From contig NC_043004.1 of assembly GCF_006345805.1 (NCBI RefSeq), positions 3,348,001-3,412,000 of the forward strand: a DNA stretch of 64,000 nucleotides, in the 5' to 3' direction. The translations under genes were made by a program, and so were the position numbers. Shown one piece after another: positions 12,619-25,552 of this stretch (position 1 is the first letter of the stretch; each line of letters opens with the position of its first letter). The notes beneath the pieces are model-generated. The model was not told the origin of the DNA. It ran no database searches and worked only from the letters and a program-made list of their open reading frames with translations. The stretch is from Octopus sinensis. Lineage: Eukaryota.

Positions 12619-12817
12619 GAGAGTTAATCCAAACACGAAAAAACAAAAAAACACAACAACGCGAGGACGTGGAACAAATAAAGTATTATTGGACGCTCAG
12701 GGAAGAAGGAGGGTTTAACGTTTCGAGCGGAGCTCTTCGTCGGAAACATGGGAGAAGGAAAGATCCCGAGAAGGGAAGACAGAGGAAAAAAATCGCCAGC
12801 GGTACTCACGAGGTCAT
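12619..12817 (-). mobile_element. Penelope-like terminal fragment, HHR family C
   Basis: Contains a minimal HHR-like core at 12713-12747; ends against a (CT)n/(GA)n tract. Confidence 0.5.
12713..12747 (-). ncRNA. Minimal hammerhead-like motif with variant core CCGACGA
   Basis: GTTT-CCGACGA-A-GAGC(TCC)GCTC-GAAA-CGT-T-AAAC: 4-bp stem I, 4-bp stem II and palindromic ACGT in place of stem III. Confidence 0.55.
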
Positions 12818-12830
12818 ATATATATATATA

Positions 12831-12889
<59 letters not shown>

Positions 12890-13354
12890 ATATATATATA
12901 TATAAGATTTTTAAAAAAACTTCTAGCGATTCATTAAATGTATAAACTATTTTTGAAATAAAAATGTCTTTATAATTCATTATCTTCTGTTTCGTTCCAC
13001 GGCTTCTTGCGAATATTAGAAAGGATTTGTACCTTCACTTCTATTCCGTAGCTTTAGTTGTGTTGCCTAAAGAACTGGCAGCAGAATATCTTTGATACTT
13101 TCATACATTCTGCTTCCATTAATTTTCTTTGTTTTTGTTTTTCCTATTCAATAAGCTTACCACGATCTTTATATGCCCTTTGCGTAGTTGCAGAATGTAT
13201 AAGCTTCTCCTCCTTCCTTTCACTCAGGCTTTGGGACTCCCAGAGTCTTGCCTAAGTATTGGACTTGTACCATCCTATCTCTTTGTTTCAACTTCCTAAT
13301 ACTTTTCTCGTGATTTTGACCGTGCCAAGGAGCTAAAACTTTTATAACAGGTGT

Positions 13355-14085
13355 TATTAATATTTATTGTCTTTGCACAGCTTCTAATACTGGAGATGTA
13401 TTACAATGTCAGCTGTTCACTATCGTAAACTAAGGTAACACCTCTTATTTTTCCAGCATCATCTGGCGTATTAGAGCGACTCCAAGCGGTGCTGTTTTTT
13501 GCAAGTGCTGCAGCCCCTATTTGTTCCATGTACTTCTCAAAATTTTTACTCACTGTTCCCAGGGCTCCGACAATTATTGGTACTACTACCACCTTTTTTA
13601 TCGACCACAGCTGCTTAACCTCCCAAGCTAACCTGTCATATCTATCGACTTTCCTTATCGCATGCCTTCCTTATCGCATACCTTGTTGTCAGCTGGGTAT
13701 GCTATATCTATGATCCAGCATCGTTTGCTTTCTTTCTCAATTAACACTAGGTCTGGTTTCCTATTCACTATCTCATGGTCGCACTGAATCATAAAATCCC
13801 ACAGGATCTTTGCATTATGATTTTCGATGATACCTTCAGGTTTATGTTCGTATCACCTTTTTTTTTGCTCTGTCAAGTCCATACTCGTTGCAATGTATCC
13901 AATGCTATATTGTCATAACGTCTTTTATATTCTTTCTGGTCTTCTATATTCTTTCTGGTAGCGTACATTGACCGGTAATATGCCATACGGTTTCACTATT
14001 TTGTCCACAGATTCTGCACTTACCACTTTCTGATGTGTTGTCTATTCTGTATCTGATGTAATCGGTTCTCAATTGAAATTTTGAC
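13355..14085 (-). pseudogene. 3' end of an RLE-type non-LTR retrotransposon (R4/Dong-like)
   Basis: CCHC knuckle CRICGQNSETVWHITGQC, then ILWDF..RKPD..IIDIAYP..VVVPIIVGALG (PD-(D/E)xK endonuclease). Frameshifted; AATAA-rich 3' end. Confidence 0.8.
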
Positions 14086-14900
14086 ACAATGCCAGCAATT
14101 TTGGAGCAGAAGCTAAGTCCCAGTGTCCAAATGATGAAAGGCAAAGTCGACCTCGGTAGAATTTGAATTCAAAACGTCAAGACGGACGAAATTCCGCTAA
14201 ACATTTTGACCGGCGTGCTAACTTTTCTTCCAGCTCGCCGCACTCCATCAGAAACAATAAATGCTTCTGAAACAGACATATTGGGACAAAATCTGAGACT
14301 AAGGGTTTAATCAATTTTGTCAAAATCTCTACTCGACTGAACGATTATTTTATCGACCCCAAAGGGATGAAAGCTAAAATTAAAATCGACGAAATTTGAG
14401 CTGATAGCGTAAAGAGCTTGAACAATTACCACAAGGTTTCTTCTCAGCTGCTCTAATAATGCTTTTTAATAATACTAATAATATTAAAAATACTGTTTGA
14501 GACTACAGAAGCCAAAGATGGACGTCTATGAATCTCTGGAGCACATCATGGCGAACATTCTAGTAGAATATATGTAGTTGTCTATCAAATATATACGACA
14601 CATAATTCCACATAATTTATATATAAAATATTATTCTTTGCCTTCTGTCTCCGCTAACTGACCACGACCTTCAATCCTTCAATATCCTGTATCCCGAATC
14701 TATCGATAATCGAACCCGTACTGCAAACTACTAAATTAGCTGCCGTGGTCTTAATACAACTCCCGTAGTCAATAAATTCTAAGTCAGTTAAATAACGAAT
14801 TTAATTAGAACCTCGTCATGCTTCAGTTACATTGAAAACATTCTTTTAGTCAATGTTTGTTGATTATTAAAGCCGAGGTAAACAGGTTGATTTGAGGTCG

Positions 14901-14955
14901 TTAATTAAAACGACAGCTGCTATAAAAGAGGCCGAAAAACAAGAACATCTATTAC
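14901..14955 (+). promoter_or_regulatory. Candidate TATA core promoter
   Basis: TTAATTAA 14901-14908, E-box CAGCTG 14914-14919, TATAAAAG 14921-14928 and an Inr-like CTATTAC with its A 30 nt after the first T of the TATA box. No transcript evidence. Confidence 0.2.
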
Positions 14956-15379
14956 GCACCAAGGCACACATATTACGTATTCACACACACACGCACGCGC
15001 GTGTTCGAACGGCGCGCGGTAATTATACAATAATTATTTTAATATTGTTAATCATTGAATCTAAAATGTTACGATTTCGTTGAGTCAGGTTCAAAGACAG
15101 TTTCTCCATTGTCGTTTCAGGCCAATTCATTCAAATTCTGTCATTGATGTCCTTTTCCAAAAATGGACATAAAATTCCCATATTTTAGATCGTGCACTCA
15201 CACTTCACAGAATTCTAAAAACAGAAAAGGAGAAATCTATTCAATGTACTCATGGCCTGGTGATTCTCCTCTCAAGATTAAGATTTGGTAAACATTTATC
15301 AAATTCCAACTTAGTTGCGATGAATGTAAACAATGTGATCGAAAAAAGAAAAATAGTTCATTTGTGTGTTCCTTTATTC

Positions 15380-15580
15380 TTTTACTCATTTCAGTCATTT
15401 TGGCTGAGGCCATGCTGCAGCACCGCTTGATGGATGGAGAAATCGTCCCCTAGACTTATTTTTTGTAAGCCGAGTACTTAATTCTATCGGTCACTTTTGC
15501 CGAACCACTAGTTACGGAGACGTAAGCACACAAATATCGGTTGTCAAGCAATGGCGAAGAGGGCCAGACACAAACACACA
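15380..15580 (-). mobile_element. CORE-type SINE, tail half
   Basis: Homology to the full-length copies. Confidence 0.65.
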
Positions 15581-16899
15581 AATATTTCTTGGCATTCTCT
15601 TTCTTTAAACTCTATACTTTCCTCTTTTATCTCCTTTGTACCTTTCCCTCAGTTCCTCCCTTTCTCTTTCTCCTTTTTTCTCTCGCTAGTTCCTTCCCTA
15701 ATTCATCAATGTCTCTGCTCCCTACTGCTCTCTGTTCCTCCCACGTGATCAGTGCTCAGCCACGCATGATTTTTCTTTCTTGGCTTGACCACCGCTCACA
15801 CAACACCTTATTTTCCTGTCTCCTGACTTTCATCTATGCCAGCTTAACTTGTCATTTTAGTCGAAAGACACCTTTGTTATTCTTGTTTGTAGTTGTAATC
15901 GTGTAACATTTTCTCCGTTTTCTCGTTCTTTTTATCCGTGTTGTCACACATATTCGCTCGCTTTCTTCCAAAAATTTAACGCCCTTAGCTTATATTTTTG
16001 GGTCCTACCAATTTTGAACAGTCTCAAGTGTAATAGGTCAAAACTGTAATGATAGTTGGAAGCTTGACTGATGAATAGAAAACCACGAATGTTTTCACTG
16101 TCGACCGTTGCGTTCTTGTTCCGTTCTTTGGATATATATACACACATTGGGGTCTTTCAGTTTCCGTTTACCTAATTCAATCACAAGGCTTAATCGGCCC
16201 GAGGCTACAATAGACGACACTTATACAAGGTTCCACTGAACCCGGAACTATGTGGTTGGGAAACAAGCTTCTTACCACACACCCACGCCTGAACCTGTAT
16301 GCATATTTCAAGAGTTATTGTGCCTTTGTCAGTACCAGATTCAAACAATTAACCATTTAGCGTTGTAACACAATTGGATTTACCAATTTTTACATATTAA
16401 GCACATTCCTGGCAACTGTTTAGCGACACCGTATTTCGTGAAAGGTTAGTGGGTTGGATGTGGTGCTGACGAACGCTCAAGAACTTCTGAAATATGCATA
16501 TACACACATTACCTATTTTTCTATCTTCGGTCGCATTGTTTACATGGGCGTATTCGTATACGAAGCGTCGTAACCTTCAGTGCTAGCTCTAGTTTCTATA
16601 GAAAATCTCAAGAAATAATTTTAAGACGTGGTTGAATCGCACTGCTAACACAAGAGGGACATAGTTTTGACTTATAAACCTTTAGGAAACTTGCTAGTAT
16701 ATTATGGTTCTGTAACGAAATACGGGGCCCCTACCAGTAATAAAAAATTACGTTAGAACTCACTGTGCTGTTTATGTTGTTATTCAAGATAAATTGAATG
16801 AAACTTTCTAGTTACACATAACGATTATTGGCAATGAAGTAACAATGATTGACCAGTTTAACGCTCGGGAAGTGAGAAAGTCTTTCTTCGCTCTCTTTC

Positions 16900-16963
<64 letters not shown>

Positions 16964-17215
16964 AATATATCACCTTCGAAACGTAGAGTAGATGAAACCA
17001 TGGCGACTGAAGAGGGGGTTTTTCTTTGTGTTAATTGTCCTGTACTCTATTTTTTTGTTGTTTAAAAAAATGGGTTTGTGTCTGTTTTCGTTTCTCATTG
17101 TGCTCGACGCTTTTTGGTGTCCTGTACTCATATATCGTGTATATATACATGTAGAGGTAGGTACGTACATATATGTTATATATATATGCATATGTTTTAT
17201 TTATTAATATATTAT

Positions 17216-17264
<49 letters not shown>

Positions 17265-17280
17265 AATACAGTAGATATTT

Positions 17281-17660
17281 GGTGTCTTGGGGAAATTTCG
17301 AACCTGGGTTTTCATTCCCAAGGTACTTTTCGATGTTGTTGTTGTTATTATTATTATTCAGGTCACTGCTTGGAATCGAACTCAGAATCTTAGGGTTAGT
17401 AGCCCGCGCTCTTAACCACTACGTCATATTTATAAGCCCTAAAATTCACTCCATAATTGCCCAACGGCATATGGCGTAGTGGCTAAGAATTCGATTCCAA
17501 CCAGTGACTTTAATAATGATAATTACATCCAATGAGGACCCAGGTTCGAAATTTCCCCAAAACACATGATGGCTGGAGGGTATGACAGCAGAAAAGTGTT
17601 AACAACAAATAAGATGTGGACAAATATCCGTCAAATGTAAACAATGTAAATAATGTAGAT
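17281..17660. mobile_element. Head-to-head pair of tRNA-headed HHR elements (family B)
   Basis: Minus arm 17281-17429 has a complete tRNA-like head (A box 17416-17426, B box 17372-17381). Plus arm 17466-17660 has a deleted head and a decayed HHR. Confidence 0.75.
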
Positions 17661-17974
17661 AAAACAAAATAAAACGATTACCTACGTATCATGATTTGAT
17701 TGTTAACACTTGGAATATATATATATATAATATATATATATATATATAGTGAGAATTTACAAAGAAACAAAAGACGAAGACGGGTGTGTAAACAGCAAAC
17801 AGATATATATATATGGATGGTTGCACATATATATATATAATGAGTGTTTGTATGTATTATGTAAGTTGATATGTGTATCTACGTGGGTGAGACACCACCC
17901 ATTTATTTGAATATAAGCGAACAGAATTTTTTTCTGCGTGTGAGTTTTTCTGTGAATGCGATGTTTTACATACT

Positions 17975-18372
17975 TTTCTACTCCAGGCACAAGGCCCGAA
18001 ATTTTATGTGAGTGGGGGGGGAGGCAGTCGAATAGATCGACCCCAGTAAGCAACTGACATTTAATTTATCGACCCCAAAAGGATGAAAGGCAATATCGAC
18101 CTGGGCGGAATTTGAACTCAGAACGTAAAGGCAGTTGAAATACCTATTTGTTTATTACCCACAAGGGGCTAAACACAGAGGGAACAAACAAGGACAGGCA
18201 TTGGTATTAAGTCGATTACATCGACCCCAGTGTGTAACTGGTACTTAATTTATCGACCCCGAAAGGATGAAAGGCAATGTCGACCTCGGCGGAATTTGAA
18301 ATCAGAATGTAAAGGCAGTTGAAATACCGCTATGCATTTCGCCCGGCGTGCTAACGTTTCTGCCAGCTCGAA
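17975..18372 (-). mobile_element. Family-1 SINE tandem dimer
   Basis: Two units joined at the recurrent AAA(G/C)AAATAGGTATTTC junction. Confidence 0.8.
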
Positions 18373-18601
18373 GATAAAACTCTTGTGTATTACCGTGTGC
18401 ATCCATGTGTTCTGATGTATGGATACATAAGACAGTATACTAGAATGTGACTGTGCATAATTCTGTGTAATATTGCACGTATGCATACATACATACATGT
18501 CAGTAAATGTGTGTTTATTTACACACACGGACACACGCACTAATATACACACATACACCTGTGTATATGAACATATATATATACATATATATATATATAT
18601 A

Positions 18602-18701
18602 NNNNNNNNNNNNNNNNNNNNNNNNNNNNNNNNNNNNNNNNNNNNNNNNNNNNNNNNNNNNNNNNNNNNNNNNNNNNNNNNNNNNNNNNNNNNNNNNNNN
18701 N
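18602..18701. other. Assembly gap (100 N)
   Basis: Direct observation. Confidence 1.
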
Positions 18702-19146
18702 AATCACATAAAGCTCCTCTTGCGGATCCGACTATCATACCACATAGTAAACCAACACAGAGTAGTATAACATAAAGTGTCCACACAGCTGAAATCCAAG
18801 AGATCCAATCTATGAAATTATTTCATTAGGAGTATGTAGACCATATAATGTCAGGAGATGTGTGAGGTGAATATATTCATTTAGGATTACGGCCGTTTCG
18901 CAGCCTCTATCATGTAATAATAATTTCAGACATTTTAAATAGATTATTTCATATTTCTGCACCAGTACGCACAATAGAATTGTACAATTGTAGATACAGA
19001 AGGCTCGCCCTTCAGATCGCCAGAACATGAGTTAAATATATTCAGGTCTCATACCACTTATCTTTTTGTTCAATTAAATAGAGTCGCTCGAAACGATCGT
19101 ACTGCATTACCTCTGGATATCCTATTACTAATTTGATTTTAATCAC

Positions 19147-19191
<45 letters not shown>

Positions 19192-19233
19192 TTATATATA
19201 TATATATATATTATATATATATATATATATATA

Positions 19234-19645
19234 GGCGCAGGAGTGGCTATGCGCAGGAGTGGCTGTGTGGTAGGTAGCTTGCTAACCAACCACCTAGTTC
19301 CGGGTTCAGTCCCACTGCGTGGCACCTTGGGCAAGTGTCTTTGCTATAGCCCCGGGCCGACCAATGCCTTGTGAGTGGATATGGTAGACGGAAACTGAAA
19401 GAAGCCTGTCGTATATATGTATATATATATGTGTGTGTGTGTGTCTGTGTTTGTCCCCCTAGCATTGCTTGACAACCGATGATGGTGTGTTTACGTCCCC
19501 GTCACTTAGCGGTTCGGCGAAAGAGACCAATAGAATAAGTACTGGGCTTACAAAGAATAAGTCCCGGGGTCGATTTGCTCGACTAAAGGCGGTGCTCCAG
19601 CATGGCCGCAGTCAAATGACTGAAACAAGTAAAAGAGAGAGAGAG

Positions 19646-19646
<1 letters not shown>
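19234..19646 (+). mobile_element. Full-length CORE-type SINE (OR2-like), with duplicated 5' end
   Basis: tRNA-like head (GGGTTCAGTCCC B box), CORE-like GGCACCTTGGGCAAGTGTC, internal TA/TG microsatellite and a GTAAAAGAG tail. Confidence 0.85.
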
Positions 19647-19685
<39 letters not shown>

Positions 19686-19711
19686 ATATATATAAATATA
19701 AATAGGGAGAT

Positions 19712-19916
19712 GTACTCGCATAGCAAGTAATTTGATCTGAGATCGTGTGCTGAAACGAAAACAATTGCAGCGTGGAAGGTGTTTATAAGCCATTTAAGAA
19801 ACACACAAAAGCCGTTCGATTCACTTCAACATTTAAGTTAATTTGTCGTGGAGTGAATCGAACGGCTTTTGTGTGTTTCTTAAATGGCTTATAAACACCT
19901 TCCACGCTGCAATTGT

Positions 19917-19917
<1 letters not shown>
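19712..19917. repeat. Perfect 66-bp inverted repeat with 26-bp spacer
   Basis: 19760-19825 is the exact reverse complement of 19852-19917. Confidence 0.9.
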
Positions 19918-19947
<30 letters not shown>

Positions 19948-20354
19948 TTTTCTCTATCTACTCTCTTTGGTTTACATTTTTATGCATACTCAACAGATAT
20001 TCACGGATTTCCACAAGTATATTCAGTAATATAATCGGTTTTCGCTGTAAAATTGTGTTTGCTAACCGATCCCCGCAGAAGAGCTTTCTAAATCAAACTA
20101 GAAGATATTTATTCAAACTGAAATGATACATAGGTAAATATTTATAAATTCTAAAAGTTACCATTCTGCTCTTCTCTTATATCTATATGAGGGCTAAGTC
20201 CATCTCGGCGTAAAACTCTAACTCGCACTAAATGAATAGCGAAATGTTATCATTGCGCACGATACATATATATATATATATATATATGTTTACACATACA
20301 TATGTATACACATACATATGTATACACATACATATATACATATATGTTTACATA

Positions 20355-21600
20355 CACAGACATGAAAGAAGTAAATAGACACCCTTATAATCATTAAAAT
20401 TTATTTAAATCTGAAATTATTCATTCAAATTATTTGTTAGTTGTTATAATGTGAACATTTAATTTTTTGTAGACATGCTCTTTGCATTTTTCAATACAAG
20501 GACCCTATTAGGCATGTTACTGATCAGATGGTGAATATACACTTGCGGAATGTCTTGCTAAGTTTCATGCAATAATCTCAAAAGATCTGGCTTTGAAGAT
20601 GCTTTCTTGTTCTGTTTATGAAATGTCCTGTCCATTATGCCCCAGAGGTGTTCAATAGGATTCATATCTGGTGACTGTCTTGGCCAGGGAATCTTTTAAA
20701 TGCCATTCTCATCCAACAAATCTTGTGGTTATTTTAACCGTGTGACAAGGAATCCCATCTTCCATAAATAGACTTCTTTAATCATTTCACCACTGGAGAA
20801 GTTTGGAAGGAGTCCTTTCTGCAATATGGACACATATTTATTTGAGTTTATCTTTCCCTCACACTCTACCAGCTCTCATCAACCATTGACCCAAATTGTT
20901 CCCCAGGCCATCACAGAATAGCTGCAGTGATTTATTGCTGGTTGCAATCTTTTCACATCAAATTCTTGATCAGAGTCTCCAGACCGACAGTTGACCACTG
21001 TCAGGAAATATAGCCAATCTAGACTCATCAGAGAATATGACAGTGTCCTAAAATACTAATGGCCTCCCCGCCATCTCGCTGGCCCAATCTTTTCTCTGTT
21101 TGATGTTGGCTGGTCAAAGAAGTGGCTTCCTTCTTGCTGTTTTGCCATAGTAACTAAGTTTGTAGAGATACTTGACACCTGTTCTAGGACTGACATCAAC
21201 TTGTTCTGCTATGTCAGAGGCCTTGCAACAAGGATTATCATCCACGCTTCTCTTAGCAAAGGGAAGGGTCCTGTCAGAGGACCTTGCTTTACCTGGACGA
21301 GGTGATGTAGACTGTTTTCCCTCTCTGTTGAATTGCACAATCACTCTATTAACTGTAGGGAGCGGGATCCCAAGGTTTTCTGCGATTTTATGCTGACTAT
21401 ATCCACCTTCAGAATGACCCACAATACGGCCTCTTTGAAATTCAGGCAGTTCCAATGATTCTTTTGTACATGGCATCATTAAACAGTCACGTATAGAATC
21501 TGAAGCATAAAAGTGTCAATTAATAAGAAATATAAACCTTTACAATAAACAGAAAACGATGTTTTATGGGGTGTCTATTTACTTCTAACATATGTGTGTG
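20355..21600 (-). mobile_element. Full-length decayed Tc1 (DD34E) transposon, 1246 bp
   Basis: TIRs CACA..AGAAGTAAATAGACACCC at both ends with TA flanks. HTH N-terminus is ORF 21114-21479. IFSDESR, FMED-34 aa-E (WPRQSPDMNPIEHLW). Contains stops and frameshifts. Confidence 0.9.
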
Positions 21601-22100
21601 TATATATATATATATATATAATATATATATATACATACACACGTGTTTACAGTAATATATATATACACATATATACACACACATGCATGTATGTGCATAT
21701 GTATGTCTCAACACATATATTTATGTCTGTGTTTGTTTGTCTGTATTTGTGAGATATTTTGAATATTTGGAGAATGGATGAGTTATGTTGACAAGAATGG
21801 TTTATTCTCGACATGGCACCTGGAGCTAAGGAATATCTCAGAGCTATTGTATGAAGCTAAATATTCCAGTCGCAATGATGACGTCGTAACCCAACCCTAG
21901 TCTCGCATTACACGATTCGTTCGACTAAACTTCTTGAAGGCGATGCCCCAGAATGGCCGCTGTCTAATGACTGAAACAAATAAAGGCAAAACTTAATACT
22001 TTGCCACCAATCTAAATTATGTAATCTTTTCATTGATCTTAGATCGAGTTTTTTAGTTATACTAATTACTAAGACCGAAAACATTTTGATAAATATTTTT

Positions 22101-22383
22101 CAGTAAATATTCTTTGCCAACATAACATGGCAGTCCTGGTTAAGGACGAATGTTGTTGTAATTTAGCCCCAGCAGACATCGTCTCCAGCTGGCTATACGA
22201 CACAATCTGTGTCATATTTTCGAACAAAGGAATGTAGCACCCCCACTCAGCTCAAAACAGTATCTGTGTATCGCGATTTCCAGGTTATTTCCCTTCATCA
22301 GCACAGAATAATTGGGGCTAAATTACAGCAACATTCGTCCTAAACTAGGACTGCCATGTTATGTTGGCAAACAATCTTTACTC
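22101..22383. mobile_element. Element with ~70-bp terminal inverted repeats enclosing an HHR-like core (family D)
   Basis: 22101-22169 is inverted against ~22313-22383 at about 85% identity. HHR-like motif at 22263-22307 on the minus strand. Confidence 0.7.
22263..22307 (-). ncRNA. Type I hammerhead ribozyme candidate, family D
   Basis: TCTGTG-CTGATGA-AGGGAAATAACCTG-GAAA-TCGCGA-T-A-CACAGA: 6-bp stem I, palindromic ATCGCGAT stem III and AUA triplet. Stem II is short, with one extra nucleotide. Confidence 0.55.
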
Positions 22384-22496
22384 CAAAGTACTGTTGCTGA
22401 ATATCTCTCGTTGTGAGATTTACAAATAGTAATTTCCTAATATTTTTCTCTTGTAAAACTCTGTTCCCTGTTCTTACAGTGTTGAAGAACCTAAAC

Positions 22497-22746
22497 CCGT
22501 GGTTCTTAACCTGGGCCCGTATGACCCTTGGGTCCACGTAAGATTTTGTCGTTAAAATATGTGTGTAATAAATAACTCGGTTATACAATACACAAAATAT
22601 TTTAACAATTTTTTAATACATTACCTAATATTTAAATATAAAAAATACAATGGGGTTATTTTTAACCATTGAATGGCGATGGGGGTCAACCGGAGTAAAA
22701 TGGGAATGAATGGGATCAATAGGTAACAAGTGGTTGAGAAACACTG
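22497..22746. mobile_element. hAT (Charlie-like) MITE
   Basis: CCGTGGTTCTTAACC and GGTTGAGAAACACTG termini match the CAGTGGTTCTCAACC-type TIR. No clear TSD. Confidence 0.6.
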
Positions 22747-23015
22747 GACGATGCTTTATGGATGAGGTGTAATAAGTCGACTCCTTTCTCATATCGACAC
22801 CTGACCCTCTACCAAAAGATTGAAACCGTCCAATTAGGTACGACTGCTATTACTACGACAACGATGGTGACTACTACTACAAATAACTTTTTCCTAGCAT
22901 AAGCAAAAGGCTCGAAATTAAATGGGAGTAATTTCATGGTCATTTACTTTATCCACCACGGAAGGATGAAATCTGTATTTGACGTCGCCAAAATTTGAAC
23001 ACCGGAACAATCCTA

Positions 23016-23055
<40 letters not shown>

Positions 23056-23935
23056 ATATATATATATATATATAACTCTTTGCTATAGTGAGCTATGGTG
23101 CTGCATGACTTCACCAGGGGTGATATTAAGTTACACATAGCCGATACCGGCCGAATCTGTTGATGACAAGAATCTCGGAGATACAACGCATATTTTGGTG
23201 GAAAGGAGAGAGGAGAGCAAATATTTGATTCCTAGGGCAAAGAACAGCATATATTTTCGGATGGGGGTGAAGTTGTAGCCGATCCAATCAAAACCTGACC
23301 CAGACAGTTTCGTTTCTTTTAAGTTCAAATCCCGCTCATTTCAAATTTGCTTTTCATCCTTCAAGCGCTGGTAAAAAAAAAACAGAAATTAAAAAACGAA
23401 AACCTGCTGCTAAGTACTGGAGTCAGTTTATATGCCTGTAGAACATCTTAGGATTGAATGAAATAGAAAAAGATTGTGGAATGTTAAAAATTACGCCAAA
23501 GTCGACCATACCAAAATTTGAACTCGTACTTGCTTCAGACAGCATTTGTTTTACAACGGCTGGCACTATTAACAGCGCTATAAATAAGTTAGTAGTGTCA
23601 AGCAAGTGTATTACTACATAGGTAGCGCTGTTTGCATTGATATGTCAATCAACTAACAATACACCAGAAAGAAGGAAAGCAAAAACAGCGTTGAATACAA
23701 CTGCAGCGTTTAGAGCTGGAGTTGACAATTAGCACATATACGTCGCTATATGCATTAGTGCGTGCGTGTGTGTGGGGGGGGGGGATTCGCGTTTGTCCGC
23801 GTGCGCTGGTGGTGTTACCAATGTGCTTATTGATGCGTGTAATCTATACACACGCCGGATATGTAAATTTGACTGCTATCTGCTTTCACTTAAGATGCCT
23901 ACATCTGTGCGAGTCGAGATATATATATATGTGTA

Positions 23936-23966
<31 letters not shown>

Positions 23967-24054
23967 TGTGTTTCAATATGTATAATTACGTATTATATAT
24001 TTATATCAATAATAGACACACACACACACACACACACGAACATATATATATATA

Positions 24055-24418
24055 TTGTTTCGGTCATTTGACTGCGGCCATGCTGGAGCACCGCCTTTAC
24101 TCGAACAAATCGACCCCAGGACTTATTCGTTGCAAGCCTAGTACTTATTCTATCGGTCTTTTTTGCCGAACCACTAGCTTACGGGGACGTAAGTACACCA
24201 GAATCAGTTCTCAAGCGATGGTGGAGGGGGACAAACACACACACACACATACACGATGGGCTTCTTTCAGTTTCCGCCTACCAAATTCACTCACAAGGCT
24301 TTGGTGGCCCAAGGCTATAGCAGAAGACACTTGCCCAAGGTGCCACACAGTGGGACTGAAATCCAGAACCATCTGGTTGGGAAACAAGCTTCTTACAAAA
24401 GAACCACACCTGCGCCTA
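24055..24418 (-). mobile_element. Full-length CORE-type SINE
   Basis: Homology to 19234-19646. Confidence 0.85.
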
Positions 24419-24558
24419 TATATATATATATATATACCGGAGCAAAAACTGTCCGATGAACGGCAACGCGAAACTCAGAGTAACAGGTTTTGTAGAATTT
24501 TCTGCTGCTTTAAATAAAGTATATATATATATAATTATATATATATACATACATACAT

Positions 24559-24595
<37 letters not shown>

Positions 24596-24608
24596 TATAT
24601 ATATGCAT

Positions 24609-24647
<39 letters not shown>

Positions 24648-24689
24648 CATACATACATACAGACACACACACACACACACACATATATA

Positions 24690-24728
<39 letters not shown>

Positions 24729-25309
24729 CTGTATATATGTGTGTGTATATGTATGTATATAATTTATATTTAGCAGAAACGAGAGTGACTCTAGGGCCTA
24801 TATATTTGTATGCATATATATGTACGCATGTATACATATATAGTTCTTATTGACAATAAAAATTTCGTACATGTGTAGAGAATATTTCACCGTGGAAGAG
24901 TTCTAACAAGAGCCTCAATGAAACAGACAAAATTTTAATTTTGGTACTAAAAATTAAATTACAAAAATACAGAAATAACTTAAAGGAAATGAAACGTGTA
25001 AAATAAATCAAAGTGATTTGAAATAAATATATTTGTATAAAATTAAAGTGAATATAGAGTTTAGATTAAGATGCTATCCATAGTTCTAATGGAATTTTGT
25101 ATCTAATAACGTGCGGACAAAATCTCCTCTTCAGCAGCAGAGAACAGAAGGATCGGTACAAGTGCGTTATTTGTTTATTTATATTAATATGTTAATTGCA
25201 AGTGTTGACATAATTATTCAAAATACCTGAACTTACTGAGAGCAGACAAATATTCAAGCCATAGTTTGCAGACAGATATATATATATACATACATACCTA
25301 CATATATAA

Positions 25310-25347
<38 letters not shown>

Positions 25348-25354
25348 ATATATA

Positions 25355-25387
<33 letters not shown>

Positions 25388-25501
25388 TATCAAGGTAACT
25401 ATCACAGTATACTCTGTAACCCAAATTCCACTTTTAAGTGGGAATAAAAAATTACCTTTGTGGTATTAATACTTCTGCTGAGGCTAATAGTTTATGTAGA
25501 C

Positions 25502-25552
<51 letters not shown>

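Noticed and set aside
17356-17429. tRNA gene (anticodon ACT)
   Set aside because: No acceptor stem and a weak anticodon stem; it is the head of the family-B element.
20079-20133. Exon-like segment with a TGCTAAC branch point, CAG acceptor and GTAAAT donor
   Set aside because: Stop codons in all three frames.
21020-21040. CTGATGA on the minus strand
   Set aside because: It encodes the Tc1 SDE motif and has no hammerhead helices.
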